64,000 nt of DNA from Candidatus Yonathbacteria bacterium RIFCSPLOWO2_01_FULL_47_33b (GCA_001823575.1 MHUW01000016.1:2099-66098), one strand, 5' to 3'. Positions 10,031-20,355 are shown, counted from the first letter of the stretch. Numbers and translations: made by a program. Notes: generated from the letters alone by a model not told the origin.

Positions 10031-10618
10031 CTATAACTGAGATGAATGAAGGGCGGCGTTTATTGCGGGGATAGCGCTTGTCCGTATTTTTTCAAAATCG
10101 TTAAGGATTTCTCGTGACCACATTCCTGGCTCAAGGAAACGCTCGTAGGACCCTGGGTCAAGATACCCCAACCACACAAGACTGCGCAGGGTTGCCAGCG
10201 TCTCGAAAGAAAGCGTGAGCTCGTCGGGGATTGCATCCTGCTCTAAAAAACTGAGCGCACCGAGAAGATCCTGAAAAAGCTCATCCTCTCTTCCCTCTCC
10301 GTGAATCAACCGTGAGAGCAGTGCGCACATCCTGGCAAAAAGTTTCAATCGCACGGTGTCGCCCTTTATCCCTGGAAAAAACTTTTCTTCTCCTGCGCTC
10401 GTAATGCGCCAAACTTCTTTGCCGCGTACGAGATCAACATTGATAAGCGAAAAATCCTGCAGCACGTAGCGAAGCTTTGACTCCTCTTTGCGTACCGATT
10501 GCGCCGAAGCACCCACAAGGCCGAGCTCTTCGGTAAAAATCTTATAGAATCGGTTTGACTCACCGATAGGCACACTGCCGAGAATGATTCCGCGGGTGTG
10601 GTAAATATGATGCGCCAT
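10031..10618 (-). CDS. recO: DNA repair protein RecO
   Basis: N-terminal OB motif GIILGSVPIGESNRFYKIFTEELG...SVRKEESKLR. Confidence 0.85.
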   Translation of the reverse strand: MAHHIYHTRGIILGSVPIGESNRFYKIFTEELGLVGASAQSVRKEESKLRYVLQDFSLINVDLVRGKEVWRITSAGEEKFFPGIKGDTVRLKLFARMCALLSRLIHGEGREDELFQDLLGALSFLEQDAIPDELTLSFETLATLRSLVWLGYLDPGSYERFLEPGMWSREILNDFEKIRTSAIPAINAALHSSQL

Positions 10619-10649
10619 AAATTAGGAGTTAGCCAATAGCTTCTAAATA

Positions 10650-13600
10650 CTAGTGACTAATAGCGAAGGTAAAGGGTATCCCATCAATATCGGTTCTTTC
10701 ACCCACAACCTCGATAAACACAATATCTTTAAGGAGTGCAGTTTTTTTGAGGTCTGCGCTAAACTCTTCGACAAGCGCGCGCCCTTCGTCGTTCGTCGCG
10801 ACCTCGAGTGTCACCATGTCGGCGGGAGTAAGGCCGGTCTTTTTACGGAGCTCCTGTACGGTGCGCACCAGGTCGCGGAATTGTCCTTCACGTTTGAGCT
10901 CGGGGGTGATAACGATATCGAGAGAAACCTCTTGTTCAGCTGTTTCTGTAAAAATAACTTTTTTAACATTGAGTTCGTCGGTAATAATAGACGACAGTGC
11001 AGAATTAAGGACAACGCCCCGCACGGTGACCGAAGCCAGCGGCTGGCGAACCTTGATTCCCGCCTTGGCGCGCGCCTCAAGGGCAAGTGATACGACACGG
11101 CGCACTTCGGCCATATCGGTAAGTATGAGATTGTCAGACACAGAAAACTCTGGCCATGACTCGAGGTGCACACTTTCTTTGTCACCGCCTGCATGAGCGT
11201 AAAGATGTTCCGCAAGGAATGGCATCACGGGTGCGAGTAGTTTTGAAAATTCACGAAGCACGGTGCGTGTCGTTGCAATAGCATTTGCGCGATCATCAGC
11301 ATCGTCCGACTTGAAACGGTCGCGCGAACGGCGGATGTACCACGTTGAAAGATCATCAACAAAGAGGCCTATGGGCTTTGCGGCGCGGTCGAGCTCGTAG
11401 GTATCGAACGAACGCGTCATTTCATTTCCTAGTTCTGCAAGGCGTGCAAAAATCCATTGATCGAGAGGGCTATTACTCTTCCCTTCTTTGCTTTGCGCGG
11501 ATTCTTCGGGATACATTTCGTAAAATGAAAGTACGTTCATTAGTCGCACGATAATCTTTTTTACCACCTCATCAACGCCACGCTCAGAAAATGCCAGATC
11601 CTCGGCGTGCACAATGGGTGACGCAAGCATATAGTACCGCACCGCATCCGCACCATATTTATTCAAAACCTCAATAGGGTCGGGATAGTTCTTGAGTTTC
11701 TTGGACATCTTTTGTCCGTCCTCAGCAAGCACCATGCCGTTCACGATGACGTTTTTAAACGGTGATTTATCAAAGAGCCCCACCGACAAAACGAGCATAT
11801 TATAAAACCATCCACGCGTTTGGTCCACACCCTCGGCGATAAAATCTGCGGGAAAATTCTTTTCAAAAAGTTCTTTGTTTTCAAACGGATAATGAAACTG
11901 CGCGTACGGCATTGACCCCGACTCAAACCAACAGTCAAACACGTAGGGCGTACGCGACATCGTGCCACCGCACGGGCACGAAACAACCACCTTATCGATA
12001 TATGGCCTATGAAGGTCAAATTCAAAATCAGCATTGTGGGGAAACGGCGCAAAAGGAAGCTCGCGCACTTCGCCGGTTAGCAAAAAATCATCTCTGTTTT
12101 CTTTGAGCAATACCGCTTGGTTAACCGTTGCGCCCGCTGTTCCCGCTACCAACATCCACGCGGGGTACTCGTGGGTAACAATAAGTATGGTTTTCCCCGC
12201 ATAGCGCGCTTCGAGTTCCTCGAGAAATGGCATCACCCGGAGCTTTACATCAAGGAGGCACTCTCCTCCGTCGGGACGTTTAGTAAGCTTTTCTTTAATA
12301 GAAGAAAAATTGCCACGATATTCCTCGATAGGTCGTCCATCAAAAATACCCGTGTCGATTTCCTTGATGCGTTCGTCAACAACGATCTGTCGGGTATCGT
12401 AGCCAATAGCAGCAGCAACAATCTCGGCGGTCTCTTTGGTGCGCACAAAGGGCGACGTAACAATGAGGTCGATACGCTCTCCTGTAAGTTTCTTACCTGA
12501 CTCTTCTGCAGAGACGCGACCTTTTTCGGTAAGCGAAAATTCTGCGTTCGTCTCGAGTTTTGAACTTACCACGCCACGTGCATTACTTTGTGCTTCCCCG
12601 TGACGCATTACGAGATAGCGATTACCTGACTTTTTTGTTTTTTCCGCAAGCTCGGCGCGTGAGCCAAACACCTCGCGTTTTTCGCATGAGCTGCAGTGCC
12701 ATACAGGAAGTGGTGCTCCCCAATAGCGTGAGCGTGAGATAGCCCAGTCGCGTGCATTCTCAAGCCACTTACCAAAACGGCCATCACGCATATTCTCGGG
12801 CACCCATGATGTTTTCGCATTTTCTGAAAGAAGTTTTTCTTTGAGTTCGGGCGCGCGCACAAACCACGAACCAGCGGCGTAGTTCAAAAGCGGTGTATCA
12901 CAGCGCCAACAATGAGGGTATGAGTGAATGATTTTTTCTTTTGAAAAAAGTGCGCCCATCCCTGCGAGATGTTTAATGATGAGAATATCGGTTGCTTGAT
13001 GGTCCCCTTTTGGCTTGACGGCGATACCGGCAAAGTCCCGCACTTCGGACTTCATGAGTCCGTCCATACCCACGTGCTGCACAAAAGGAAGCTTCTCGCG
13101 CGTTCCGAGTGCCATATCATCCTCGCCAAAAGCAGGCGCAATATGCACGATACCCGTACCGCTCTCCATCGTTACAAACGACGCGCCATACACCTTCCAA
13201 CCGTTCTCGCGGTGAGCAAGGGCGCCCTGTGACGCGTAATAATCAAAAAGTGGTTTATAGGAGCGACCAGCAACATCAGCGCCGCGCATTGTTTTTATGA
13301 TGCGATGTTCTTTTCCTTCAAATACTTTTTCTACGCGCGCGTTTGCAAGAATATAGCGCTCATCGTTAAGAGCAACTTCTGCGTACTCCTCATCGGGGTT
13401 CACCGCGAGAGCAACGTTGCCGGGCAGAGTCCACGGCGTTGTCGTCCACGCAAGGAGGTAAGTATGTGGCTCATCGGCAAGTGCAAATTTTACGGTCACC
13501 GAGATATCCGTGATATCCTTGTAGCCCTCGGACACTTCATTATTTGAAAGTGTCGTCTCGCAACGCGGGCAAATGTGCATGGGTTTGAACCCTTGATACA

Positions 13601-14111
13601 CGAGCCCTTTATCATGGAGCGTCTTGAACGCCCACCAAATTGACTCGGTATAGTTCGCATCCATCGTGCTGTACGCGTGTTCCATATCGATCCATCGCCC
13701 AAGGCGCGGTATCATTTTTTTCCACTCAGCATCATAACGAAGCACTGACGCACGCGCTGCTTCGTTGAAATTTCCGATACCATAGTCCTCAATATCTTTC
13801 TTGTGCGCAAGACCAAGCTCGGCCTCGATCAAGTTCTCAATCGGCAATCCATGACAATCCCAGCCCCATACGCGGCGTACGTAACGCCCATTCATCGTCT
13901 GATAGCGTGGAATAGTGTCCTTGATCGTGCTGGCGAGTAAGTGCCCATAGTGCGGGAGTCCTGTTGCAAAAGGTGGCCCGTCATAAAAGACAAATTCCTC
14001 CCCGCCCTTTGTTTGTGCAAGAGACTTCTCAAAAACCCCCTGCGATTGCCATGCCGCCAGGGTTTCCTCTTCGCGCTTCGCGATATCAGACTTTTTCTCT
14101 AGTTCGTCCAT
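10650..14111 (-). CDS. ileS: Isoleucine-tRNA ligase (type 2) with inserted histidine-phosphatase domain
   Basis: DGPPFATGLPHYGH, GWDCHGLP, WTTTPWTLP, DQTRGWFY and KMSKK motifs; insert carries RHG. Confidence 0.97.
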   Translation of the reverse strand: MDELEKKSDIAKREEETLAAWQSQGVFEKSLAQTKGGEEFVFYDGPPFATGLPHYGHLLASTIKDTIPRYQTMNGRYVRRVWGWDCHGLPIENLIEAELGLAHKKDIEDYGIGNFNEAARASVLRYDAEWKKMIPRLGRWIDMEHAYSTMDANYTESIWWAFKTLHDKGLVYQGFKPMHICPRCETTLSNNEVSEGYKDITDISVTVKFALADEPHTYLLAWTTTPWTLPGNVALAVNPDEEYAEVALNDERYILANARVEKVFEGKEHRIIKTMRGADVAGRSYKPLFDYYASQGALAHRENGWKVYGASFVTMESGTGIVHIAPAFGEDDMALGTREKLPFVQHVGMDGLMKSEVRDFAGIAVKPKGDHQATDILIIKHLAGMGALFSKEKIIHSYPHCWRCDTPLLNYAAGSWFVRAPELKEKLLSENAKTSWVPENMRDGRFGKWLENARDWAISRSRYWGAPLPVWHCSSCEKREVFGSRAELAEKTKKSGNRYLVMRHGEAQSNARGVVSSKLETNAEFSLTEKGRVSAEESGKKLTGERIDLIVTSPFVRTKETAEIVAAAIGYDTRQIVVDERIKEIDTGIFDGRPIEEYRGNFSSIKEKLTKRPDGGECLLDVKLRVMPFLEELEARYAGKTILIVTHEYPAWMLVAGTAGATVNQAVLLKENRDDFLLTGEVRELPFAPFPHNADFEFDLHRPYIDKVVVSCPCGGTMSRTPYVFDCWFESGSMPYAQFHYPFENKELFEKNFPADFIAEGVDQTRGWFYNMLVLSVGLFDKSPFKNVIVNGMVLAEDGQKMSKKLKNYPDPIEVLNKYGADAVRYYMLASPIVHAEDLAFSERGVDEVVKKIIVRLMNVLSFYEMYPEESAQSKEGKSNSPLDQWIFARLAELGNEMTRSFDTYELDRAAKPIGLFVDDLSTWYIRRSRDRFKSDDADDRANAIATTRTVLREFSKLLAPVMPFLAEHLYAHAGGDKESVHLESWPEFSVSDNLILTDMAEVRRVVSLALEARAKAGIKVRQPLASVTVRGVVLNSALSSIITDELNVKKVIFTETAEQEVSLDIVITPELKREGQFRDLVRTVQELRKKTGLTPADMVTLEVATNDEGRALVEEFSADLKKTALLKDIVFIEVVGERTDIDGIPFTFAISH

Positions 14112-14158
14112 ATTTATTCAGAATAACACAAACAACATTGCTCACCAAAAAATCCCCT

Positions 14159-14206
14159 CCTTTTATCACAGACTCGTAGCTATAGCTACGAGTCTGTGAT
14201 AAAAGG
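14159..14206. repeat. Perfect 48-bp loop-less palindrome
   Basis: CCTTTTATCACAGACTCGTAGCTA|TAGCTACGAGTCTGTGATAAAAGG, between argS and ileS. Confidence 0.95.
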
Positions 14207-14222
14207 GGTCAATGGATAACCT

Positions 14223-15911
14223 TTACATTCTCTCGGGTGCCGAGATGCCGAGAAGGCTCAATCCGTTCTTCATGGTCTGAGAGACCGCCTTCACGAGAGC
14301 AAGTTTGTAGGGTTCGTCTTCTTTGCCGTCGAGAACTATTGTATTCCCATAGAATGAGTTGAACTCTCGTGCGAGCTCTATCAAGTATGTCGCAATATGA
14401 TGAGGTTCGCGCTCCTCGTTTGCGCGCAGAACGATTTCAGGGAAATGAAGGAGGCGCTTGTGGAGCATGTTTGTTCCCGTGTGTACGCCCAGGGCGTCGA
14501 TTGTTTTACCCCCTGCTTTCTCGAGAAGCGATCGTGTACGCGCGTAGGTGTACTGCAAGTACGGACCAGAATCCCCTTCGAACGAAAGTGACTGCTCAAA
14601 ATCAAAAATAATATCCTTACCCGATGCTTGACGAAGGATAGAGTACTTAATGGCGCCAATGGCAATTTTTTCTGCAAGCTCATCTTGTTCATCCGAAGAG
14701 AACAATTCTGTTGAGATTTTGGTGCGCGCTTTTTCTTTGGTATCAGCGATGAGCGACTCGGCAGTAATAACGTCACCTGTGCGTGAAGACATTTTGCCAG
14801 TCGGCAAGCGAAGCATACCGTGAGAAATATGAATCGTTTTTAAAGCCAAGTCAGGGAAAACTTTTGCCATCGCATCGAGAAGCACTCTAAAGTACGCATT
14901 CACTTCATTGCCTGTGATTACGATAGAAGCATCGTACGGATACGTATCGTATTTTATTTTTGCCAAACCAAGCTCTTTTGCCTCGTATGTAGGTAACCCT
15001 TCGGAGTTAATGAAAACGCGAGTGTGCAACCCTTTTTCTTCATCGCCTTTATATACAATAGCGCCCCCCTCCCCTTGTTCAAAAATTGCAGGATTATCAA
15101 GAACAACTTTTTTTCCAAATTCTCCTGTTTTTGATTCAAAAAAATAGTAATCAAACTTTGTGCCGAGTTTTTTGTAAATCGTTTCAAAGTAGTCGAGGCT
15201 CACCTTAAGTCCATTATTATAAAGTTCGTCGACCTGAGCATCTGAATGCTCGTATATTTTTTTATTAATTTCAATAATTTCTGTTTTTGCTTCAACATTA
15301 TTCTCATACCCTGTCGCTCCTAGGGAATAAGCGATTCCAAGTCTTTGAATAAGCGTTGCGAGATGAGGGGTACCCTCTGAAAGTTTTTTAATCCCCCAAA
15401 TTGTTTTCGCCACATGCATCCCCACATCGCCCTGGTAGCACGCGCGCCTTGTCTCCGCGCCGCTCGCTTTAACGATGCGCGAAATGGACTCGCCGATGGC
15501 GTTCGACATCAAGTGCCCAATGTGAAATTCCTTGAATGGGTTCGGGTCGGTATATTCGACGATAACTTTTTTACCCTCAAGCTTTTTATTTTCACCCCAC
15601 TGTGCCCCTTGCTCTAGGGCGTCCTTGAGTGCCTGTGCAAGATATTCGTCAGAAAGTCTGAAGTTAATAAACCCTGGGCCGGCAATCTCAAGTTCTTTAA
15701 TTTCCTCAGTAGGAGTTTCGAGTATTTTCTCCACCAGTTTTCCTGCGAGTTCTCGTGGTGAAATACCAGCAACTTTTGCGTACGCAAGCGCGACGTTGGT
15801 GGCATAATCCCCATGCGACGAATCCGCGGGGCGCTCAAGCACCACAACGCCCGCCTCGATACCGAGCGCTCCCAACGCCTCCACAACGACCATTTCTAGT
15901 TTCTCCTTCAT
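14223..15911 (-). CDS. argS: Arginine-tRNA ligase
   Basis: HGDYATN, AGPGFINF, PNPFKEFHIGH, KMSSRTG and GPYLQYTYAR motifs. Confidence 0.97.
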   Translation of the reverse strand: MKEKLEMVVVEALGALGIEAGVVVLERPADSSHGDYATNVALAYAKVAGISPRELAGKLVEKILETPTEEIKELEIAGPGFINFRLSDEYLAQALKDALEQGAQWGENKKLEGKKVIVEYTDPNPFKEFHIGHLMSNAIGESISRIVKASGAETRRACYQGDVGMHVAKTIWGIKKLSEGTPHLATLIQRLGIAYSLGATGYENNVEAKTEIIEINKKIYEHSDAQVDELYNNGLKVSLDYFETIYKKLGTKFDYYFFESKTGEFGKKVVLDNPAIFEQGEGGAIVYKGDEEKGLHTRVFINSEGLPTYEAKELGLAKIKYDTYPYDASIVITGNEVNAYFRVLLDAMAKVFPDLALKTIHISHGMLRLPTGKMSSRTGDVITAESLIADTKEKARTKISTELFSSDEQDELAEKIAIGAIKYSILRQASGKDIIFDFEQSLSFEGDSGPYLQYTYARTRSLLEKAGGKTIDALGVHTGTNMLHKRLLHFPEIVLRANEEREPHHIATYLIELAREFNSFYGNTIVLDGKEDEPYKLALVKAVSQTMKNGLSLLGISAPERM

Positions 15912-15930
15912 AACGCTGAGCATAACAAAA

Positions 15931-15965
15931 AACCCCACAAAATGACAATGTCATTTTGTGGGGTT
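15931..15965 (-). terminator. Palindromic terminator-like repeat, copy 1
   Basis: AACCCCACAAAATGACA-A-TGTCATTTTGTGGGGTT downstream of tmk. Confidence 0.75.
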
Positions 15966-15979
15966 ACTGCATTGCTTCA

Positions 15980-16621
15980 TTACTTCCAGCCACAATGCTC
16001 GCTCACGATTTTGTACACTTCTTCGTGAATCGCCTCGGGAGACCGATCGCCGTCAATCATGATAACATGGTTTGGCAGATCCTCGCGAAGGGACTGGAAT
16101 CCCTTGCGCACCCGCTCATACCACTCGAGGGGCTTTTTATCAAACAGCGACTTGCTGCGACTCGTGTCGGCATCAACGCGCCGCTTTGCCTCTTTTGCCG
16201 GCAGGTCAATAAAAAGATAAAGCGTCGGAGGATGTTTACCAAAAATCATGCTTCGTATCCGCCAGAACTCGTCCTCAAGCTCTGGTGCTTCTTTTGCATA
16301 CACTTGGTATGCCATCGTCGACGAATCACATCGATCAGAAATAACAGGAACTCCTTTCTCAAGGTTTGGTAGCACAACCCTTTCAAACCAATCCGAGCGT
16401 GCTGCCCACATCATAAAAAATTGCGTTCGTGCACTTGCAATGGCACCCTCAGGCGAGCTGAAGAGGTCACGGATTTTTTCACCGAGCGGCGAACCACCTG
16501 GTTCGCGTGTGTCGACAAACTGACGATGTGCGTGAAGTGCACGATCGATCAAAAGTTTAACCTGCGTACCCTTCCCTGAGCCGTCCATGCCGTCAAAAAC
16601 AATAAATGGTGCTTTTTTCAT
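15980..16621 (-). CDS. tmk: Thymidylate kinase
   Basis: DGMDGSGKGTQ P-loop, TREPGG, DR..SSTMAYQ. Confidence 0.95.
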   Translation of the reverse strand: MKKAPFIVFDGMDGSGKGTQVKLLIDRALHAHRQFVDTREPGGSPLGEKIRDLFSSPEGAIASARTQFFMMWAARSDWFERVVLPNLEKGVPVISDRCDSSTMAYQVYAKEAPELEDEFWRIRSMIFGKHPPTLYLFIDLPAKEAKRRVDADTSRSKSLFDKKPLEWYERVRKGFQSLREDLPNHVIMIDGDRSPEAIHEEVYKIVSEHCGWK

Positions 16622-16691
16622 ACATCCTCCCTTAGTTAACGAACATTTACTCCTGCCAACGTTCTACCAAGAAACAGCACTCATTGCAATA

Positions 16692-17117
16692 CTACTCCTT
16701 CCCCGTACTTCCGAAACCACCCTCGCCTCGTACTGTCTCAGAAAGTTCTGCAACTTCGATGATCTCTGCTCGCTCAACTTTTTGAATCAGCATCTGCGCA
16801 ATTTTGTGCCCTGCACTGATTGTGTACTCCTCGGTACCCAAATTCACCATCCCCACTTTTACCTCCCCGCGATACCCCGCATCCACCACCCCGCCAAGAG
16901 TTTTGAGCCCGTGCGTCGTCGAGAGTCCGCTCTTGTCCCAAATGAGCCCCACGAATCCGTCGGGGATGTCCATCGCAATCCCTGTGCCAATCAGCACGCG
17001 CACGCCGACAGGAATCGCCACCTCCTCAATCGCATACAGATCAAACCCCGCATCACCCGGGTGTGCATACGACGGCACTTTTGCATCAGTATGCAGTTTT
17101 TTTATTTTAAGTTCCAT
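16692..17117 (-). CDS. dut: dUTP diphosphatase
   Basis: DAGFDL, KSGL, GVVDAGYRGE, KIAQ and RGEGGFGSTG motifs. Confidence 0.97.
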   Translation of the reverse strand: MELKIKKLHTDAKVPSYAHPGDAGFDLYAIEEVAIPVGVRVLIGTGIAMDIPDGFVGLIWDKSGLSTTHGLKTLGGVVDAGYRGEVKVGMVNLGTEEYTISAGHKIAQMLIQKVERAEIIEVAELSETVRGEGGFGSTGKE

Positions 17118-17145
17118 TCCACATATTATATCACGCAAAGAAAAA

Positions 17146-17178
17146 GCCCCGCAAAATGACAATGTCATTTTGCGGGGC
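17146..17178 (-). terminator. Palindromic terminator-like repeat, copy 2
   Basis: GCCCCGCAAAATGACA-A-TGTCATTTTGCGGGGC downstream of dcd. Confidence 0.75.
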
Positions 17179-17191
17179 AAATGCTACCTTG

Positions 17192-18292
17192 CTATTTGAA
17201 ATGCTTGGCAAGCTTCGGACCGCTTTGGTTGCCATAGTTGCACTCGGCCTTTTCGTCGTAATGAAGAATGGGGGGCTTGGTCATCTGCTCAAACTTTATT
17301 TTCGCAATCGGATGATTTTTGAAAATAACCAAATCTTCAAACGGCCGCACTTCGAGGGTCAGTGGTCTTCCTTTTCCTTCGCCATCTTTTCCGTACCCCC
17401 ATCCTGGATCAATAAACCCAGCATAGTGTGAACGGAACTCGCCACTCCTTTCGTCCATCGGCACCATCTCGCACGCAAGACATGGTGGCACGCGCACCGC
17501 TTCGGCCGTTGAGAGAATGTAAAATCCTCCACGACGCAAATAGATGCGCTCGCCACACACGTTGATAGGCTCGAAAAAATCTTCCGCATCATACGCCTTT
17601 TTCCCTTGCGAAAAATCGAGGATTCGCTGTCGCCCGGTGTATTCATACCCGGCAACCGCGCTATCAAGATCAAGGGTTAGAATAATCGACCCGTCATCAT
17701 CGCGTATCTGCACATCACCATACGAAAGTTCTTCTCCTGAAAGAGTGTGCAAAAGTTTCCAGCGCGAAAATGCAATCTCGATTTCCTCCTCCGAAAGGCG
17801 CGTGTTGGCATTGAACAACCGCAGTTGACTGAGCGGCTCGCCTGTGGGAATAATCACGGGGTATGAGCGCGAAATAATCACGGCCCACAATTCCCCCAGG
17901 AACCCCGTAGGAGTCACCGCATCGTACCGAGGTACACCATCAGCAAGAACTCGCACATGCACGTCATGCCGACCAGTCGACGACTTTGGATTGCAATACC
18001 CGTAGACACCTTGAGGCAGCGTGAGTGATTCGTTCAAGCGAGCAAGATAGACAACTTCTCGTTCAAAAGGAGCACCGACCACATGCTGGCGAGCATCAAG
18101 TCGCTCAATGAGACTTCTGATGGTCTCGCCTATTCGTGGTTGAAACATCCCGTTGACTCGATACACTTCGTCTGAAATACAGAGGTCGAGAGAGGCAGGC
18201 CCAATGTTGCGAGAAGACGCGCCCTTGATAAACCCAGCATCCACCAAGTCCTGAAGCAAACTATCCGGCAATGCGCCAAGATTTTTTGACAT
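17192..18292 (-). CDS. dcd: dCTP deaminase, long two-domain (DCD) type
   Basis: PASLDL, NPKSSTGR, GEFRSHYAGFIDPG and KLAKHF motifs. Confidence 0.9.
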   Translation of the reverse strand: MSKNLGALPDSLLQDLVDAGFIKGASSRNIGPASLDLCISDEVYRVNGMFQPRIGETIRSLIERLDARQHVVGAPFEREVVYLARLNESLTLPQGVYGYCNPKSSTGRHDVHVRVLADGVPRYDAVTPTGFLGELWAVIISRSYPVIIPTGEPLSQLRLFNANTRLSEEEIEIAFSRWKLLHTLSGEELSYGDVQIRDDDGSIILTLDLDSAVAGYEYTGRQRILDFSQGKKAYDAEDFFEPINVCGERIYLRRGGFYILSTAEAVRVPPCLACEMVPMDERSGEFRSHYAGFIDPGWGYGKDGEGKGRPLTLEVRPFEDLVIFKNHPIAKIKFEQMTKPPILHYDEKAECNYGNQSGPKLAKHFK

Positions 18293-18436
18293 AGCATTTC
18301 TCCTAAGCTGTGAAAGAATTAACCTTTATATATTATAGCACAAATTTGTTTCAAAGTCCAGGCGCTTGACGGCCCCCTCTTTGTAAGGTAGTTTGATGGC
18401 AGTAGTACTTTTTCAACAACCTATTAGGAGCAACAA

Positions 18437-19231
18437 ATGAGACAATATATTGACCTCATGCGTCACGTTCTTGAAACGGGCAACAAAAAAGGTGATCGTA
18501 CGGGCACCGGCACCTTCAGTGTATTTGGGCATCAAACAAGATACAATCTTGCTGACGGCTTCCCTCTTGTTACCACCAAGAAGTGTCATTTGAAATCCAT
18601 TATCCATGAGCTCTTATGGTTCCTGCAGGGCGACACCAACATCAAATACCTCAAGGAGAACGGTGTCAAAATTTGGGATGAATGGGCAGATGAAAATGGC
18701 GAACTGGGGCCAGTGTATGGCTCCCAGTGGCGCTCGTGGCCAACCCCTGATGGCAAGCATATTGACCAAATCAGTGAAGTGGTTGCTCGCATCAAGGAAA
18801 AGCCTGACGACCGGCGTCTTATCGTCTCTGCTTGGAACGTGGCTGATATTGCAAAAATGAGGCTTCCGCCTTGCCACTGTTTCTTTCAGTTTTATGTGGC
18901 AGACGGAAAGCTTTCATGCCAGTTGTATCAGCGGAGTGCTGATATATTTCTTGGTATGCCGTTCAATATTGCTTCCTACGCACTTCTCGTAATGATGGTT
19001 GCGCAAGTATGCGAGCTGGAGCTTGGTGATTTCGTGCACACCCTTGGTGACGCACATCTCTATTTAAATCACCTGGAACAGTCATTGCTTCAAGTCAGGC
19101 GTGACCCGCGGCCGCTTCCGACGATGCGCATCAATCCCGATGTGAAGGATATCTTCAGTTTCAAATATGAAGACTTTACACTCGAAGGGTACGATCCGCA
19201 CCCGGCAATCAAAGCATCTGTTTCTGTGTAG
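18437..19231 (+). CDS. thyA: Thymidylate synthase
   Basis: DRTGTGT, ELLWFL, LPPCH and [10 protein letters not shown] motifs; AGGAG SD. Confidence 0.98.
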   Translation: MRQYIDLMRHVLETGNKKGDRTGTGTFSVFGHQTRYNLADGFPLVTTKKCHLKSIIHELLWFLQGDTNIKYLKENGVKIWDEWADENGELGPVYGSQWRSWPTPDGKHIDQISEVVARIKEKPDDRRLIVSAWNVADIAKMRLPPCHCFFQFYVADGKLSCQLYQRSADIFLGMPFNIASYALLVMMVAQVCELELGDFVHTLGDAHLYLNHLEQSLLQVRRDPRPLPTMRINPDVKDIFSFKYEDFTLEGYDPHPAIKASVSV

Positions 19232-19247
19232 GTTGCAGTAAAAACTC

Positions 19248-19282
19248 AAAGGCCGGCAATCTTACGATTGTCGGCCTTTTTT
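19248..19282 (+). terminator. Intrinsic, probably bidirectional, terminator
   Basis: AAAGGCCGGCAATC/GATTGTCGGCCTTT stem plus T-run, between convergent thyA and rplK. Confidence 0.8.
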
Positions 19283-19321
19283 CTTTATGAGTTTTGAGCT
19301 TGTCCTGAGCTCATTGAAGGA

Positions 19322-19744
19322 TTATTTAACCTCGATACCTGCAGAGCGAGCTGAGCCGGCGATGATCTTCATTGCTGCCTCAACATCGTTTGCGTTCAAG
19401 TCTACCATCTTACGTTCTGCAATCTCCTGGAGCTGTGCCTTGGTGATTGAGCCTACCTTGCTGGTGTTGGCCTTCTTTGAACCCTTCTGAATGTTCGCTG
19501 CCTTGAAGATAAGTGAAGTTGCGGGAGGCGTCTTCATCTTGAAGTCGAAGGTACGGTCCTCGTACACGGTAATAACCGTAGGCACAAGGTCGCCCATCTT
19601 GTCGCTCGTTGCGGCGTTGAACTTGGTGACGAAATCACCGATGTTTACACCCGCCTGACCGAGCGCAGGCCCCAAAGGAGGCGCTGGTGTTGCCTTGCCG
19701 GCCGGGATGATAACTTTAACTCGTTTTGTAATTTTCTTTGCCAT
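19322..19744 (-). CDS. rplK: 50S ribosomal protein L11
   Basis: [16 protein letters not shown] motif. Confidence 0.98.
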   Translation of the reverse strand: MAKKITKRVKVIIPAGKATPAPPLGPALGQAGVNIGDFVTKFNAATSDKMGDLVPTVITVYEDRTFDFKMKTPPATSLIFKAANIQKGSKKANTSKVGSITKAQLQEIAERKMVDLNANDVEAAMKIIAGSARSAGIEVK

Positions 19745-19809
19745 AATAGTTTCGCTGTATTTGAATTCCCCGAGTCTACCTTAGATTGCGGGATTTTTCA
19801 AGTTTTGTA

Positions 19810-20355
19810 TTAAATCTTTCTTATCTGGAGGAAATCGAGTTCCACGGGGGTCTCGCGACCGAACATTGAAACAAGGACCTTTGCGCGACCACGCTCGTCG
19901 TCTACCTCGGCAACCTTACCCTCGAGGTCCTTGAATGGACCGTCGACAATAGACACCTGATCGCCCACAATGAGGTCGATATTGTGCTTTGGGGTGCCCG
20001 CAGACATACGGTTAAAGAGCGACTCTGCCTCTGACTTTTCAAGAGGAACGGGAGTTACTCCTGCTCCAACAAATCCAGTAACGCGCGGTGTGTTACGCAC
20101 GACGTACCATGAATCATCGGTAACAATCATGTCCACAAGAATGTAGCCCGGGTAAATTTTCTCTTCCACCTCTACGCGCTTGCCGCCCTTGACCTTGATC
20201 TTTTTCTCCATCGGAACAACCACATTAAAAATGCGGTCCTCCATACCGAGAGACTCAATGCGTTGCTTCAAGTTGCGGAGTACGGCGTTCTCGTATCCCA
20301 CATACGTGTGGATAGCGTACCAATTGCGCTCCCCTGTTGTTTCTTGTTTTGCCAT
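19810..20355 (-). CDS. nusG: Transcription termination/antitermination factor NusG
   Basis: WYAIHT, PGYILV, KOW motif and FGRETPVELDF. Confidence 0.98.
   Translation of the reverse strand: MAKQETTGERNWYAIHTYVGYENAVLRNLKQRIESLGMEDRIFNVVVPMEKKIKVKGGKRVEVEEKIYPGYILVDMIVTDDSWYVVRNTPRVTGFVGAGVTPVPLEKSEAESLFNRMSAGTPKHNIDLIVGDQVSIVDGPFKDLEGKVAEVDDERGRAKVLVSMFGRETPVELDFLQIRKI

Noticed and set aside
14112-14222. T-box riboswitch upstream of ileS
   Set aside because: The gap is short and lacks the T-box consensus; only the palindrome is present
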